Part shown: positions 10,121 to 23,489 of the stretch, piece by piece
How positions within the stretch are numbered: the stretch's first letter is position 1
Layout of the letters: each line of letters opens with the position of its first letter
DNA from: Eledone cirrhosa
Taxonomy: Eukaryota
Reading direction: 5' to 3'
Assembly (NCBI GenBank): GCA_964016885.1
Contig: OZ024744.1
Coordinates: 84,010,001-84,074,000, forward strand
Length of the DNA: 64,000 nucleotides
Notes under the pieces: model-generated
Seen by the model: the letters and a program-made list of their open reading frames with translations, nothing else
Database searches by the model: none
Told to the model about the DNA's origin: nothing
Translations under genes and position numbers: made by a program

Positions 10121-12258
10121 GTTGCATTTATCTTGCTTTATGTTCATACGAGTTATCACCAAGTCACAACCAGTGACCTCAAGAGACAACAAGGTCCGCC
10201 ATGTTCAAGAAAGAACATACATACACAGACATGCATCTTTAGGTGTTTAGACTTGTGATATACTTATATTGACAGACTCTTCCTTAGTATATGGGCAGTT
10301 CCCATTATTACTATCTTTTGTATTTCTCCTATACGCGGGTTTCCTGGGATTTGCGATAAGTAATCATTAGACCCCTTAGGTATCATTCCTAGAGCGCCTA
10401 CAACCACTGGTATTGTTTTAGTTCTCAATTTCCACATTTTTCCAACTTCTATCTCTAGGTCCTTATACTTGCTCAATTTTTAAAATGTTTTTATAGATAA
10501 ATTCTTGTCTATTGGAACCGACATATCAATTAGCAGGCATACCCTCTTTTTAAAGTCTTTTAGTATTAAATCAGGTCTATTTGCATCTATTTTTCGGTCT
10601 GTTTGGATGCTAAAGTTCCACAAGATTGAGATGTGATCTTTTTCAAATATGGGAGGTGGTTGATGCTCCCACCAATTCTTTTGATGGGCAGGTCAAAATG
10701 CTTACACATTATCCAATGTATGTATTGTGCAGCTCTGTCATGCCTGTTTAGGTATTCGGCATAATGGGCTGCATCCATTTTTTATTATGTTGGCTTGGTA
10801 ATTTTTTGTTGGCAGACACTGATCTTGTGCTGATATAATCAGTCCTTCAGTCTCCGATTTCAGTCCAGAGGATGCCAACCACTGATGGGTTAAAATGTTG
10901 TCAACATCAGGATTGTTAGCTCTTTCTGGGTATTTTCCATACAGAGGCTTTTCTTGCCATTTCTTAGCCAGTTTCTGTAGCAGTTCTTTCTTTGCAGTTA
11001 CTTTTACCTGCTTTGCTTTTCTGTGTTTTCCATTTCAGCAGTAAATGGGACTTCTGAAATTTGTAGTCCATTACTGTATCTTTGTGTATCTTTTGTAATG
11101 GAGTATGATCTAATGATGCTTTCGTGTTTCAAAACGAATTTGATCATCCAATCATGTGATTCCCTTAGATATGTAGATAATCCAATTTTTGCAGTTTTCA
11201 ACGCAATATCTAACTGGATTAACCCACGTCCTCCTTCTTTCCTAGGGAGATATATTCTATCTGCATCTGCCTTAGGGTGATGCATTCTGTGCATGGTTAA
11301 GAATTTTCTAATTTTTGTATCAAGCCTACGGATCTCTGTGCTTGACCAGTTGATGACATTGAAACTGTAGGTTACTACTGGTATGGCAAGCGTGTTTATG
11401 GCATCGATCCTATTCCTTGCATTCAATTCCGTTCTTAAGATTGCTCTTACTCTGCGGTAACATTCCTTCCTTATCCTTTCCCTCATTGTTTATGGCTTGA
11501 TTCCGTCTCCTTCACAAACACCTAGATATTTGTAAGTTTCCTTTTCATAAAGTTCTCATATCACATTCCCCCGATCAAGATTAATGTCTGAACTTTTCAG
11601 CAGCTTTCCTCTGGTGAACGTTGCTTTGGCGCATTTATCTAGTCCAAACTCCATTTTAATGTCATCACTGAACTGCTCCACAGTGGATAATAGCCCTTGC
11701 AATTGTTCATCATTTTTTGCAAATAGTTTCAGGTCATCCATGTAGAACAAGTGATTAATGGTTTTGTCGTAGACTTTATATCCATGTTTTGTTTCATTGA
11801 GCGTTTTACTTAATGGTATAAGTGCGATGCAGAATAAAAGCGGTGATAAAGAATCACCCTGAAAAATTCCACAATTAATATTAACTTCTCCAGCTTCCAG
11901 TGATTTTGTTTCACTATTCAAAAGAAGTGTCGTTTTCCATGTCTTCATACTGAATGACAAGATCCCCTGACAACGGGAGATATTTTGAAAATCTCTAAAC
12001 ATTTTTCAATCCAACTGTGTGGCAAACTATCGAATGCTTTTTTATAATCTATCCAAGCAATTGATAGATTTTTGTGTCTATTATGACAATCTTCCAGTAT
12101 CATTTTGTTAACCAAACGCTGATCCTTACAGCCATATGAGCCTCCTTTACACCCTTTCTGCTCATTGGGAAATAGGTCATTTGTTATCAGGTGGTCATAT
12201 GTATATTCAGTTAGGACTGATGTTAACATTTTATTCATTTTATTATACATTTTATACA
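10121..12258 (-). mobile_element. 5'-truncated R4/Dong-type non-LTR retrotransposon (RT + REL endonuclease)
   Basis: EQKGCKGGSYGCKDQ, AWIDYKKAFDSLPH, GIFQGDSLSPLLF, LFYMDDLKLFA, RIYLPRKEGGRGL, KYKDL, VVGALG, IQKIVIMGTAHILRK; closely matches 43284-45420; bounded by (TAA)n. Confidence 0.92.
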
Positions 12259-12274
12259 TTATTATTATTATTAT

Positions 12275-12465
12275 TAGCAGTATCGGTAGAGGGTCGGACG
12301 CCATGCTTTCCAGCATAGGTACGTTCCTTTACGATCTGAGTTCAAATCCCGCCGAGGTTGACTTTGCCTTTCATCCTTACGGGGTTGATAAAATAATGTA
12401 CCAGTAATGAACTGAGTAATTGCTGGCCTTGTGCCTAAAGTAAAAACAATTATTATTATTATTAT
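12275..12465 (+). mobile_element. tRNA-derived SINE with (ATT)n tail
   Basis: Same box A/B, core and tail as the 9904 copy. Confidence 0.88.
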
Positions 12466-12722
12466 TGAGAGAGGGGGCTTGCTCTGGTGGTCACGGTGGC
12501 CGTGGTCTTTTGTGTGGTTTTCGCCACGAGTAACCCTCGGAGATTTCTTCCCTATTGAAGAATTTTTCATTGTTTCAATTTTCATTTTTATTGTTTATAT
12601 ATATATATGTTTCCGTCCTTTTTTTCTTTTTAAAATATTTACACGCACAAAACCCACATCGTACCGTCCTGTGCCGTCTGTAATGTTTTTCTTGATGTCA
12701 GCCCTTGTGGCCAATAAAGAAA

Positions 12723-12778
<56 letters not shown>

Positions 12779-12779
12779 T
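12466..12779 (+). mobile_element. Tx1 3' UTR-only fragment with long (ATT)n tail
   Basis: Matches 57272-57404; ends gcccttgtggccaataaagaaatc(att)n. Confidence 0.85.
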
Positions 12780-12789
12780 GTATTGTAAT

Positions 12790-13260
12790 TAATAATATCC
12801 TTAAAAAGTGTTTTTTACGCTTCATTATAATACGGAGCTGTTTAGTTAGAGTTAGATATATCAGATAGAGATAAAACATATACCAATATTTTAAACTAAA
12901 CTCTAATCTTTGTGTCAACGATCCTGAAGCGATAATAGTAATAAAATACAAAAGATAACGACCGTTGAGTAACAACAACATTTTAAAGATGCACGTAAAC
13001 AAAAGATAGTCTTTTGATTGGCTGTGAGTGTATAACAATATTATACAGGGCTTTGTGGCGTTCGACATTAGGTGTTTTGAAATATTCTGATTTATGTCTA
13101 TGCTGATTATATCTCAATTTTAAATGAATTTCAGTCAAACCAATATAATCTTTAGAAAGTAAATCATTAGCTGTGAATACATTTGCGCAATAAACGGAGG
13201 AATTCTTGGCAGCTGGCATAGCAGTCGTACTCGTCACATTGTTGTGGGGCGGGTGATGCT
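12790..13260 (-). mobile_element. Penelope-like element fragment (GIY-YIG endonuclease remnant)
   Basis: ORF 12983-13237: SVYCANV...YIGLTEIHLKLRYNQH has GIY-YIG spacing with the downstream Arg. Confidence 0.6.
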
Positions 13261-13849
13261 TGTAAAGCTGGTAGCAGTGTTCAGTGCCCCTAAAGCTGTT
13301 GTCACTGTTCCTAATGTTCTACCTCATCACCTCCTCACTCACGCTACTTTTATTGTTGTAATTTTTGTTGCTATTTTTTCTCCCTCCTTTCGGTATTGCT
13401 GTTGTTAATTTTTTCATCATTGATGTAATTGTTCTTCCTGTTGCCGTTCGGCTGATTGTTGTGGTAACAAAACCCATTCCCTATCATCTCTCAACGGAGT
13501 TCCTGATTGCGGTGCTGGCAATGCTAATGACTTTTATTTCTAAGAGAGAGGGGGGAGCATTTGTCGGTGAACATGATGGTGTCATTTTTGCTTTGGCAAG
13601 CAAAGATTTCAAGGCAGATGACAAAATGGGTGTCACCATTGTTTTGGCTGCTAACCATTCAAATATCAAATTTGTTACATTTCTAATGTTAAATAACAGA
13701 AGAATATGAAGGATTAGTAAAAAAAAAAATAGCTACTTGAAGAAAGCAACAAACTGTTCTCTGTCTTCAAGAAAGCCAAGTACAAAACAGATGCTGATCA
13801 CGGTGTATATCAACACAAATACACTAAAAAAGACAAACTACATTAATAA

Positions 13850-16050
13850 AATAACCATATCATTCAGCTAATGTTTAAAAGTGGAATGTATACTTTGAAT
13901 TCGATGCATAAATCATGATAAATGAAACTTGCAAAACTTGACATAACGAAAAACGTATAAACTTAGTATTTGATGAAAATTATAACAATTAAAATAATAT
14001 CCTGAGCCTTATATTCTGTGTTTCGCAAATAAAACCAAAAACATTTAAGTTTAACAGGAAAGAAGTGACTATTTTTATGTGTGTTTTATATCTACTTCCC
14101 ACCAACAAAATGGAAGAAACTGTCATACTCTTATACAAAATTTGGAGAAAGAATTATTATGTTGAAAACCAACAGATTCGCCATCTTAAAATATACTTTC
14201 CCAAAGTCAGTAAATACACCAGAAATTAAAATAGAGTGTTTAAATTGAACAATATATAATAAAAGCATACAGAGAAAAGCCAAAAAGAAAACAATGAATA
14301 ACGTTGAGAACGTAAATCATGGACATACACCAGAAATGTGAAATACAAATAATGTAAAAGAAAATAACACAATAATACATAGAACCTACATACAAAAAGA
14401 AAAAATCGAAAACTCAGAGAAACTAAAATTAAAAAGGAATGTGAGAAAGATTTAAGAATAGAAAAATTCCAAAGATGAAAGTAATGAATACGTATATTTA
14501 AAGGTGTAATATTAAATATGTAATATCATTAGACCTTTCTTAACGATAAAATAATAATAAAAACAGTGCTATTCTAAATTAAATGTACTAACGTCAGTAT
14601 CATCAGATTAAACGAAATAATATATCCAGTGGCCACTAGACCTACAAAGTAAATTCAGTACGTCCTCGGAATTATCACGACCTGAGTAAACAACTTAGCA
14701 AAAGGACATACATAAAAAGAAACGAAAAGAGTTCTCTTTAGTCCTCAACAAAATCTATAGCGAAAAGATAGACAAAGAAAAGTGAAAAAAACAAATTCTT
14801 ACATGTATAAAAATGTAGAACCAGTTACAAAATGGAAATTGAAACAAGAAATTCTCACTAAATCACATAGAATTTGTTGGTATGTAAATTGGCAACAATT
14901 CTATAACAAAGCTGTTCAACTTCAATCAAAAGTGATTTTTCCCCCACAAACTACGTAAAAATAAAATAGAAATAAACGCAACAAGATTAGGAAGAACAGT
15001 AGAATTCAGAATAGGAGAATAAACAATAAATATGTTGGAATTGTTCAAAAGAGTAAATACAGCATCCTAACTAACACGGGTGGATATGATGAGCAGTAAA
15101 ATTATCCCAGAAGCTGCAAACAGATAAACGTTAAGACGTAAGATTCCTAATTTCTGTTGAAAATATTTAAAAGGACCACATGACAGCGAAGTTTAAGAAA
15201 ATATTAATGGATTCGGAGATAACACCTGAGTGGCTCACTAATGAGAAAAGAATTTTAATCAGAAACCCCAAAATAAAAATAATAATAATATGCCATAAAA
15301 ATCTAAAGATCTATAATTTTCCTTCCTAAAACTTACAATATTATTGCAGAAAGAAAAATAAATACCAGTATGAGTGTTGCAAAGGCTCGTACAACTGTAA
15401 AGATCACTTGCTTGTCAACAAAAGCATGACTGAAAATTGTAGAATAAATCGAGTTATGGCTATGGCATATATCGACTACCAGAATTTTTTAAACAGTATT
15501 TGACACGAATGGACTCTGAAAACATTAACTTAGTAAAGTAACATTAATAATAAGCAGGTACATTAAATAGATCAAGACTAAATGTAAATCAATTCTGCAG
15601 CTACATATATAAGAGTGAATTATAATCATTAACCATTCCTCTACTAGAAGATGATATTCTATGTGGGGGTTCTGCTTAGCGTTAACATCCTTAACTAACA
15701 TGTTAAATCCGACTAGACTTGTATACAAATGTTATAGAACAATCAACTATCACTTGTATACAACGATCTCAACTTTCACAATGCGAATGAAACACAACTA
15801 AAAACACTGCTACAAATAGTACACGAATTCATTAATCAGACAAATTGAGAGAGAGAAAGATCATCGCAAATATTGAGAGCTCGCATTTAGATTTGTGATA
15901 TTCGACCACTCATGTATGATTTAAAGTATGATCACACTAGTGAAAGAAGAAAATATGGTCTCAGTATTCTAAACTAAGCATATATATTATTGTCAATATA
16001 TAATCAATATATCGATAACATCTTAATATATTTTACCCTTTGAAACGATC
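13850..16050 (+). mobile_element. Ancient, highly degraded R4/Dong-type LINE
   Basis: ~15375-15520 translates to CKGSYNCKDHLLVNKSM...MAYIDYQ...SI*HEW, homologous to the Dong RT; the upstream part resembles the Dong N-terminal region; boundaries uncertain. Confidence 0.6.
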
Positions 16051-17559
16051 GTAAAACAACGAATTAATTAAGTACTAAACCACATCTTACATGTTTTGAT
16101 TGTTCAACCGCTTAAAAATAATATATATTTTATATGAGTATGTACATGCTTGTTTTACGGGTTTATGTGATAAACACTCCAAACATGCACTGAATTAAGG
16201 ACACATATACAGTGCATATAGTTGATAATATCATATTTTTTATTCAAGCTGATTGTTTACTTCGAAGTATTGTCTTGCTTTTTGATATGCTAATATCGTC
16301 GGTGAAGCTTCAGAATAAACAGTCACCATGAATAATAAATATATGAGGAATACATATCTACTTTTTGCTGTTAAAAAAGTTTAGGGTTAAAGCCCCAGTA
16401 ATACATATATCTTTAAACTGACATGAAATTTATATAAGTGAAATTTCTGACCGAAATATTTCTATAAATTGAATTGGAAGAAAATATTCTTTCCTTTTCT
16501 GATAATTATTTTGTTTTGTTTTTTGTTTTTTGTTTTTTGTATTTTTTTCTTTTTTAAGAATAACAGAAAATATTCCTATCACTTAAAATCAAATCTAGTG
16601 GGAAATTAATTCAAACTATTCTATTGTACTAGAAAAGTTTAGTCCTTCATATTCACTGTCAATGCATTAAAGTATTATTAGTATAACTTCCATTCTATTT
16701 ATACACACTACAAATTATATTGAGACGAAAATAGCTGTGGTCTATAATTTAAATTTTTGGCAATATTCAATGTAGGCTATTAAATTGTTGGTTTTGTACT
16801 CTTTTCTTTATTCATTTCTTGTTGATGTTCCTGTTATTGTTATTTTTACTGTTGAGTGATCGATTCTTTTCTTGCTTTGGTGTTATTTAGCTATTTTTCG
16901 TATAGCCTTTTGTTGGTGTTATTGCAATTGCAGTTAGTCATGGTCAATATTACTGACAAAATAGTTAAAGACTAGCAGTTTTTTATTTTGTTTTATTTTG
17001 TTTTGTTTTTTGAAAACATAGCCCCAGTATTACTAGTAATAATGGTCGCAGTCTTTTGTTGTCTTTGTTCTTGCTCTTAATAAAGAGCATGCATCAGTCA
17101 ACGGCTGCACTTAGTAGTTTGACGAATAAATAAATGGTTTTGCTGATAAATCGAATCGATAAATCGATCCATAGATAAGTTAATAGCTAAACGCAAAACT
17201 GCATAGTTCCAGCTGTAGAATAACTTAATTATATTCCGTTGAAAATCGCAAGCAAAACAAACAAACAAAAATCGAAATATAATAATATAAAGAATCTTTA
17301 ATGATTCTTTCAAGATGACAAGAATTAGATTGGCGTAATATAAAGTTGATATACTATTAAGATCTAAAAGTATATGTGCGATACTATAAGCGTGATATAC
17401 TTTAAGAGTTACTGTAAAAAAAAAATTATATAAAATTATATAAACACACAGACACTGAAATACACATATACACACACTCATTGTATATGTCTGTGTGTGT
17501 GCCAGTGTGTGTGCGTGTGAGTGTGTCAATCTCTTTATATACATAAATATAAGTATAAC

Positions 17560-17855
<296 letters not shown>

Positions 17856-19478
17856 GGTAAATTTAATGTAGATAGACACTTCATTGTGAAAAGAACGAAG
17901 TGAAATCTCTTCCCATTATTCCCACTATACGCAAACACACACAAGAGATTGGCTTTCTGCGTTTTGGAGAATGTTGTTGCCTCATCAGAAACTAATTGAC
18001 ATTATGATTCTGTCTACAGAAGTATACTTCTATTGTATTACTATATATGTCAAGTAGAATTCAGATTAGAGCTGCTCAAATTATAAGTTTATTTTGCATG
18101 ACGTACATTCGTTTGGCAACGCAATTAATTAAATGATAACTATTTATGCAAGAATAAGGTTTATTTTAGAATATGTAAAGCAAGTTTAAATGTAGATACA
18201 TATATATATATATAATAATAATAATAATATTTATAGTTATTTATACACTATATACAACTATAAACAGAAAAGGTCAGTAATTCATTACTACCTTATTACC
18301 AGTAAGAAGAATAGCTCAATGTAAGTACATCAGATGTTTTACAGAGCAGGAATATAAGTTATAAATGATGCACTACTTCTTATTGACTATAAAAAATTTA
18401 ATATAGAAAGAACTAGGAAACAATTACATAAAATTTTCAAAAACTTCAACTTAGGTATTACCTTAAATAAAAACACTAAAAACGTTAACTTCCTTGATGC
18501 TACCCTTTGTCTGGACTCTAAAATATATACACCCTTTCATAAACCAAACGAAAAACTACTTTATGTAGATACCAATTCTAACCACACTAAATTCATATTA
18601 AACTCACTTACTAAAGGAATATCAAATAGAATCTATACTCTATCATATAATGAAACCATATTTAACAGTAATTCCCAATACTATAATGAGGCCTTAGCTA
18701 AATCAGGCAATAAAATGAAATTAAATTTGTACCTATAAAATCACCTAATTACAATATGGCCGTGAGGAAAAAATAATAAAAGTACTAGCTACTCTAACTC
18801 TAATACGAAGGGTAATATCAAACTTAACTCGCACCAGAATAACTGTAGGACAAATAGTATTTGCCCCTTAGGTAAAAATTGCTTAATCAAAGACATCATT
18901 TACTCACGCACAGTCAATACAAACAACTCTTCAAAAACATATATCGGTTCAACTTCGAACTGCTTCAAGACAAGATGTAACTCGCAACTCCACACTTTCA
19001 AAAATCGCAATCTAGCCAACTCCACTTCTTTATCTAACTACATACACTATCTGAAAACTAGGAATAGACCATATACACTTCAATTGGAAGTAATAGATAG
19101 GGCCGTATCGTATAAACCACCGAATAAATTATGTAACCTCTGTCTTCTAGTGACCCGCACTATAATTTATTCTAATCTAAACCACTTAAATAGAAAATCA
19201 GAAATGTTTTCCATGTGCCAACACTACCACCGACACTCTTTCCATAACTTTGAACCTAGCTGCTAGCATATAACAATGTCAGATCTGGATTCCTCACCAC
19301 CATTAACACTTCACCTCTAGTTCTTATCAGCATATAATTACCCCCACAGCATCATACTCTATGATCAGCTCATTCCTCTACTTAACTCCTATTTATCTCA
19401 AACCTTATACTCTACAATAACTATTAGGAATAAACATAAAGATACCACCATTTAATATAACTACTATAGCTTACTTGT

Positions 19479-19867
19479 ATTTTATTCAGTAATGGATAGG
19501 TAATAATATAATGATACCTTTAATGTATTATATGAAAATAAATTGTATTTATAATTAAATGTATAAATTAATAGCATTATATATAAGGGATTCAACTATA
19601 ACATAATATAATGTATATTAATAACTAATTGGACCTGTAAACAACTATACATTTTTTCTATAGTTTAATTATATTTTATTCAGTAATGGATAGATAACAA
19701 TATAATGAGACCTTTAATGTATTATAGGAAAATCGATTGTATTTAAAATTAAATATAAATAAATAGCATTATATAAAAGGGATTCACTTGTAACACAATA
19801 TAATGTATATTAGCACAGGGAATTTAACCAATTGGAGCTGTAAACAACTATACATTTTTTTTCTATT
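19479..19867. repeat. ~195-bp tandem duplication inside the Penelope 3' region
   Basis: tttattcagtaatggatag...ctgtaaacaactatacatttttt occurs twice (~19480 and ~19675). Confidence 0.85.
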
Positions 19868-20589
19868 TTTTCTATCATATACAAATTAATCGCTAATTAC
19901 CACCCCTTTCACATTAGCTCCCCTTAATATAGATCTCAAACTCACTTCCGGAAATTAAACCGTTAGAATAATAACTCCAGAACAACTCGAACCCTGGATA
20001 ACAGTATAATAGGACTAATATACAATCCATAGCTGTAACTAATTATAAACATTGACTTAAATAAAATATGACCAATGTAATGGAAAAGAAAACGATATTA
20101 TTAATACTCTCAACACATGCACATTTGAACATTACAGAAACACTTACCACACTACACCCACCATAAACTCATAATTTTAATACACAAACATCTTTGTCTG
20201 CATGATATGCTTGTAAATCTGTGTTATTGTATGTGATACCTTTGCCATACAGTCATTATATATGCCTAGTAACACTGCTTGTTTCCTACCTAGCTGTCTT
20301 GTATATGCCTAACGCATTTGCATTGTCTATACATTTGCATATGTACTGCTAGTTTTTACGAGTAACTTTCTACCTTAATGCCTCTTTAATTATTATACTA
20401 TTCTCTTGTAATCTCTGTCACATGCATTCCGCTCTGTGCCTCTTTAATTATTATACAATTCGCTTGTAATCTCTGTCTCATCCATTTCACTCTGTAAATA
20501 TGAGACTGTTGATGAGAACAATAATATCCATGTATTTATATGATTGTTCAGTTGAATAAGAAGTTAATTATATGTCCAAACTTTGCTAG

Positions 20590-20636
20590 TGCTCCGATGA
20601 TTCCAAACGAAAGTTTGGAAGAAACGATAGTCAGCA
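20590..20636 (+). ncRNA. Type I minimal hammerhead ribozyme motif (one core substitution)
   Basis: tgct-CCGATGA-ttccaaac(gaaa)gtttggaa-GAAA-cgatag-TC-agca: stem I tgct/agca, perfect 8-bp stem II, short stem III, GUC site; core reads CCGAUGA instead of CUGAUGA. Confidence 0.8.
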
Positions 20637-20675
20637 ATAAAATGTTTTCAACATAGTTTTGATTATTGTGCAATT

Positions 20676-20756
<81 letters not shown>

Positions 20757-21424
20757 ATATATGTATCCAGGGATTTTAATTAGAAGCCTCGCTGTTAAAA
20801 AAATGTACGTCACACAAATTAGAGTGGTCATCTCAGTTATATTTCACGTAATGCCTGACATATATGGCGATATAGAATGGAAAGAAAAACAAAATAATAG
20901 CAACAACGATAATAACAGCATCCATTACTACTAATATTCCATGTAAGTAAAACAAATTTAAATGGATACAGTATGATAGAAGAACAGATAAAAATTAAAT
21001 ATTTCAATAAAATAATACACAGCAAATGTAATGAGCAAAATGATGGATAGGAGAAAAGAATAAAGAGAAAATGGACATGAAAAATCGTTATAAAACAAAT
21101 AAAAAATAAATAAAAATGGCTACCGAAATTACCGAAATGTTTTCATAAACTAAGCAAACTCGGTATGAAAATTACTCAACATTAGGGGTGTTGACGTAGA
21201 AAAAGATGGGATGCTAGATTAATTTCTATTGTCTGTAAAGTGTTGTTATTATACCATAATCCTTTACTCTTTTCTGATTTCTACTTCATATTCTTTATTC
21301 ATTTCTTCTTTTTTTTTTACATCATCTAACACTGTTTTACAAAAGCATCTACTCCGCTTCGTCTAAGTTAATGCCCTTTCTTTTCTCTGCTTCAACATAT
21401 TTCTAATTTTCTGTAACCTGGGCT

Positions 21425-21788
<364 letters not shown>

Positions 21789-21789
21789 C

Positions 21790-23005
21790 CAAGGGCTTAG
21801 TCTTGGCCTTGAATGTTCTGGCAACCAGAACGAGATATATGAGAAAGAATATAGATAAGGAAGACATCCCGGTTGCATGCAGAATATATGGTGAAAGAAA
21901 AGAGATGGTGCTATATGTATTATGGGAGAGGCAAGATTCAAACGGACATGCAAATGAAAAGGATGCGTTACTTAATCGATGTTGCTACTCTTTCTCAAAC
22001 TAGAGCGGTAGGCAAAGAACGCGAGGGAATAGAAAAGTACCAAAACCTGAAATACGAAATACAGAGAAACTGAAACTGTCACAAAGTTGTTAATCATTCC
22101 AATAGAAGCCTGATGTTAAGGATAGCTAACTTCTACTGGAGTAGAGCTGTCAAAGTATCAACAGCAACATAAAATTGATAAATGTGTCCGAACACGGAAG
22201 AGCCGAAGTCCCACTGTCATTGCTTCCATCTCTCTCGCCCTCCCCATCTGTCTGAATTATGAGCAAATAGGGTCCCACGTGCTGCCCACCCCACGGCCCG
22301 GCCGGCGGACAGACTAAAGAAGGCGTTTCATCAGAGGGTAGTAAAGGAGATGTACTGGAAGAGCCATTAGGAACGAAACTGTGCGAAAAATACAACATCG
22401 AAACGCAATGTCAGTAGTACGAACATACTATTCTTGAATCCTGTCTGTTAGCTGAGCAAGTAGATACATTTTGCGATCTTGAGATCAAGACCACAAATAA
22501 AGTCCAACACAATCGCCCTGATATTATTGTAGAAAAAAAAGGGACTCAACTGAATAGTTGGTGGAAGATGATGGATATAAAGTTAAATATCATGAAAGTA
22601 TGGTTTCTAACTCTACATGGCGCTCAGTTCTAATAGTTCTACAAGTTCTGCATAATTATTCATCTTTTCCATTTCCTTTTCAGCCACATTGTAGTCTTGA
22701 GGGATTGCAATATCAATTTTAGTCTATTTTGTTTTTGTTTTTGTTTTTTGTTTTGTTTTTGTTTTGCTTTTATTTTTGTTTTTGTTTTTGTTTTTGTTTT
22801 GACATCAATATCTGGGCGATTGTGTTGGACTTTATTTGTGGTCTTCATCTCGAGATCACAAAACATCTCTACTCCCTTACCTAATAGGCAGGATTAAAGA
22901 AGAGTAGCTTCGTACCACTGACATTTCGTACCGATGTTGCATTTTTCGCACAACACCTAATGGACTCTTTTTGCTATAAGATCATGTCGGATTTTATAAA
23001 GTCTT
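21790..23005. mobile_element. Rearranged R4/Dong-type C-terminal (zinc knuckle/REL) fragments on both strands
   Basis: + strand: LATR...ACRIYGERKE, EKYQNLKYEI and HNRPDII (~22508); - strand: FCDLEMKTTNKVQHNRPDI (ORF 22660-22866). Confidence 0.65.
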
Positions 23006-23009
23006 TTTA

Positions 23010-23200
23010 CTAATTGCTCACTTCCGCAGTGCCACCCTCTGAATACAGGCCCGAAGTCCGCTGTCTTGAGGACTGTTGCCATGAATCGAAAGCTTTTGAT
23101 TGATCTAAGTTGATCAGGTCCCAACCAGTGATAGATCCCTTAACCACCCTCTTTATGATGTATCGCATAAAGTGGAGGTTGTTGGTGAATGGATCAAAGA
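23010..23200 (-). mobile_element. Tx1 RT fragment
   Basis: NNLHFMRYII...LINLDQSKAFD. Confidence 0.75.
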
Positions 23201-23309
23201 ATACACACCCCAAAGACAAAAATGATTAATAAAATAGCAACAATACAAAACAAAACTTAATAATCACGAATAGAAACATTAGTATTACAAAGATAAATAA
23301 TATAATATA

Positions 23310-23484
23310 CGAAGGTCGGCTGAAAAGTTCATAGGCTGACTATGAACGAGTGATGCTAGAGCTGTGAAATGCTACATGCATTAATTTCAAGTCTTCTTAT
23401 TAATAACGATGAAAGATAAACCTCATTTGGTCATTCCATGAGAATGTCTTGATCAACCTATGAACGTTTTTCAGCCGGCCCTCG
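23310..23484. mobile_element. Tc1/mariner-type MITE
   Basis: Terminal inverted repeats cgaaggtcggctgaaaagttcatagg / cctatgaacgtttttcagccggccctcg, flanked by TA on both sides (23308-23309 and 23485-23486). Confidence 0.8.
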
Positions 23485-23489
23485 TATGC

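Larger units (their letters stand above)
18345..20680 (+). mobile_element. 5'-truncated Penelope-like element (Neptune-type): RT C-terminus, GIY-YIG endonuclease, long 3' region ending at (TA)n
   Basis: NVNFLDATLCL...YTPFHKPNEKLLYVDTNSNH (~18481-18585); NCRTNSICPLGKNCLIKDIIY...TYIGST...FKTR (~18841-18975); CNLCLL...LNRKSEMFSMCQH (ORF 19084-19266); hammerhead motif near the 3' end. Confidence 0.88.

Noticed and set aside
14580-14612. CTGATGA plus hairpin on the minus strand (similar hits at ~573, ~859, ~28948, ~39634)
   Set aside because: There is no correctly placed GAAA, stem III and stem I; probably chance matches.
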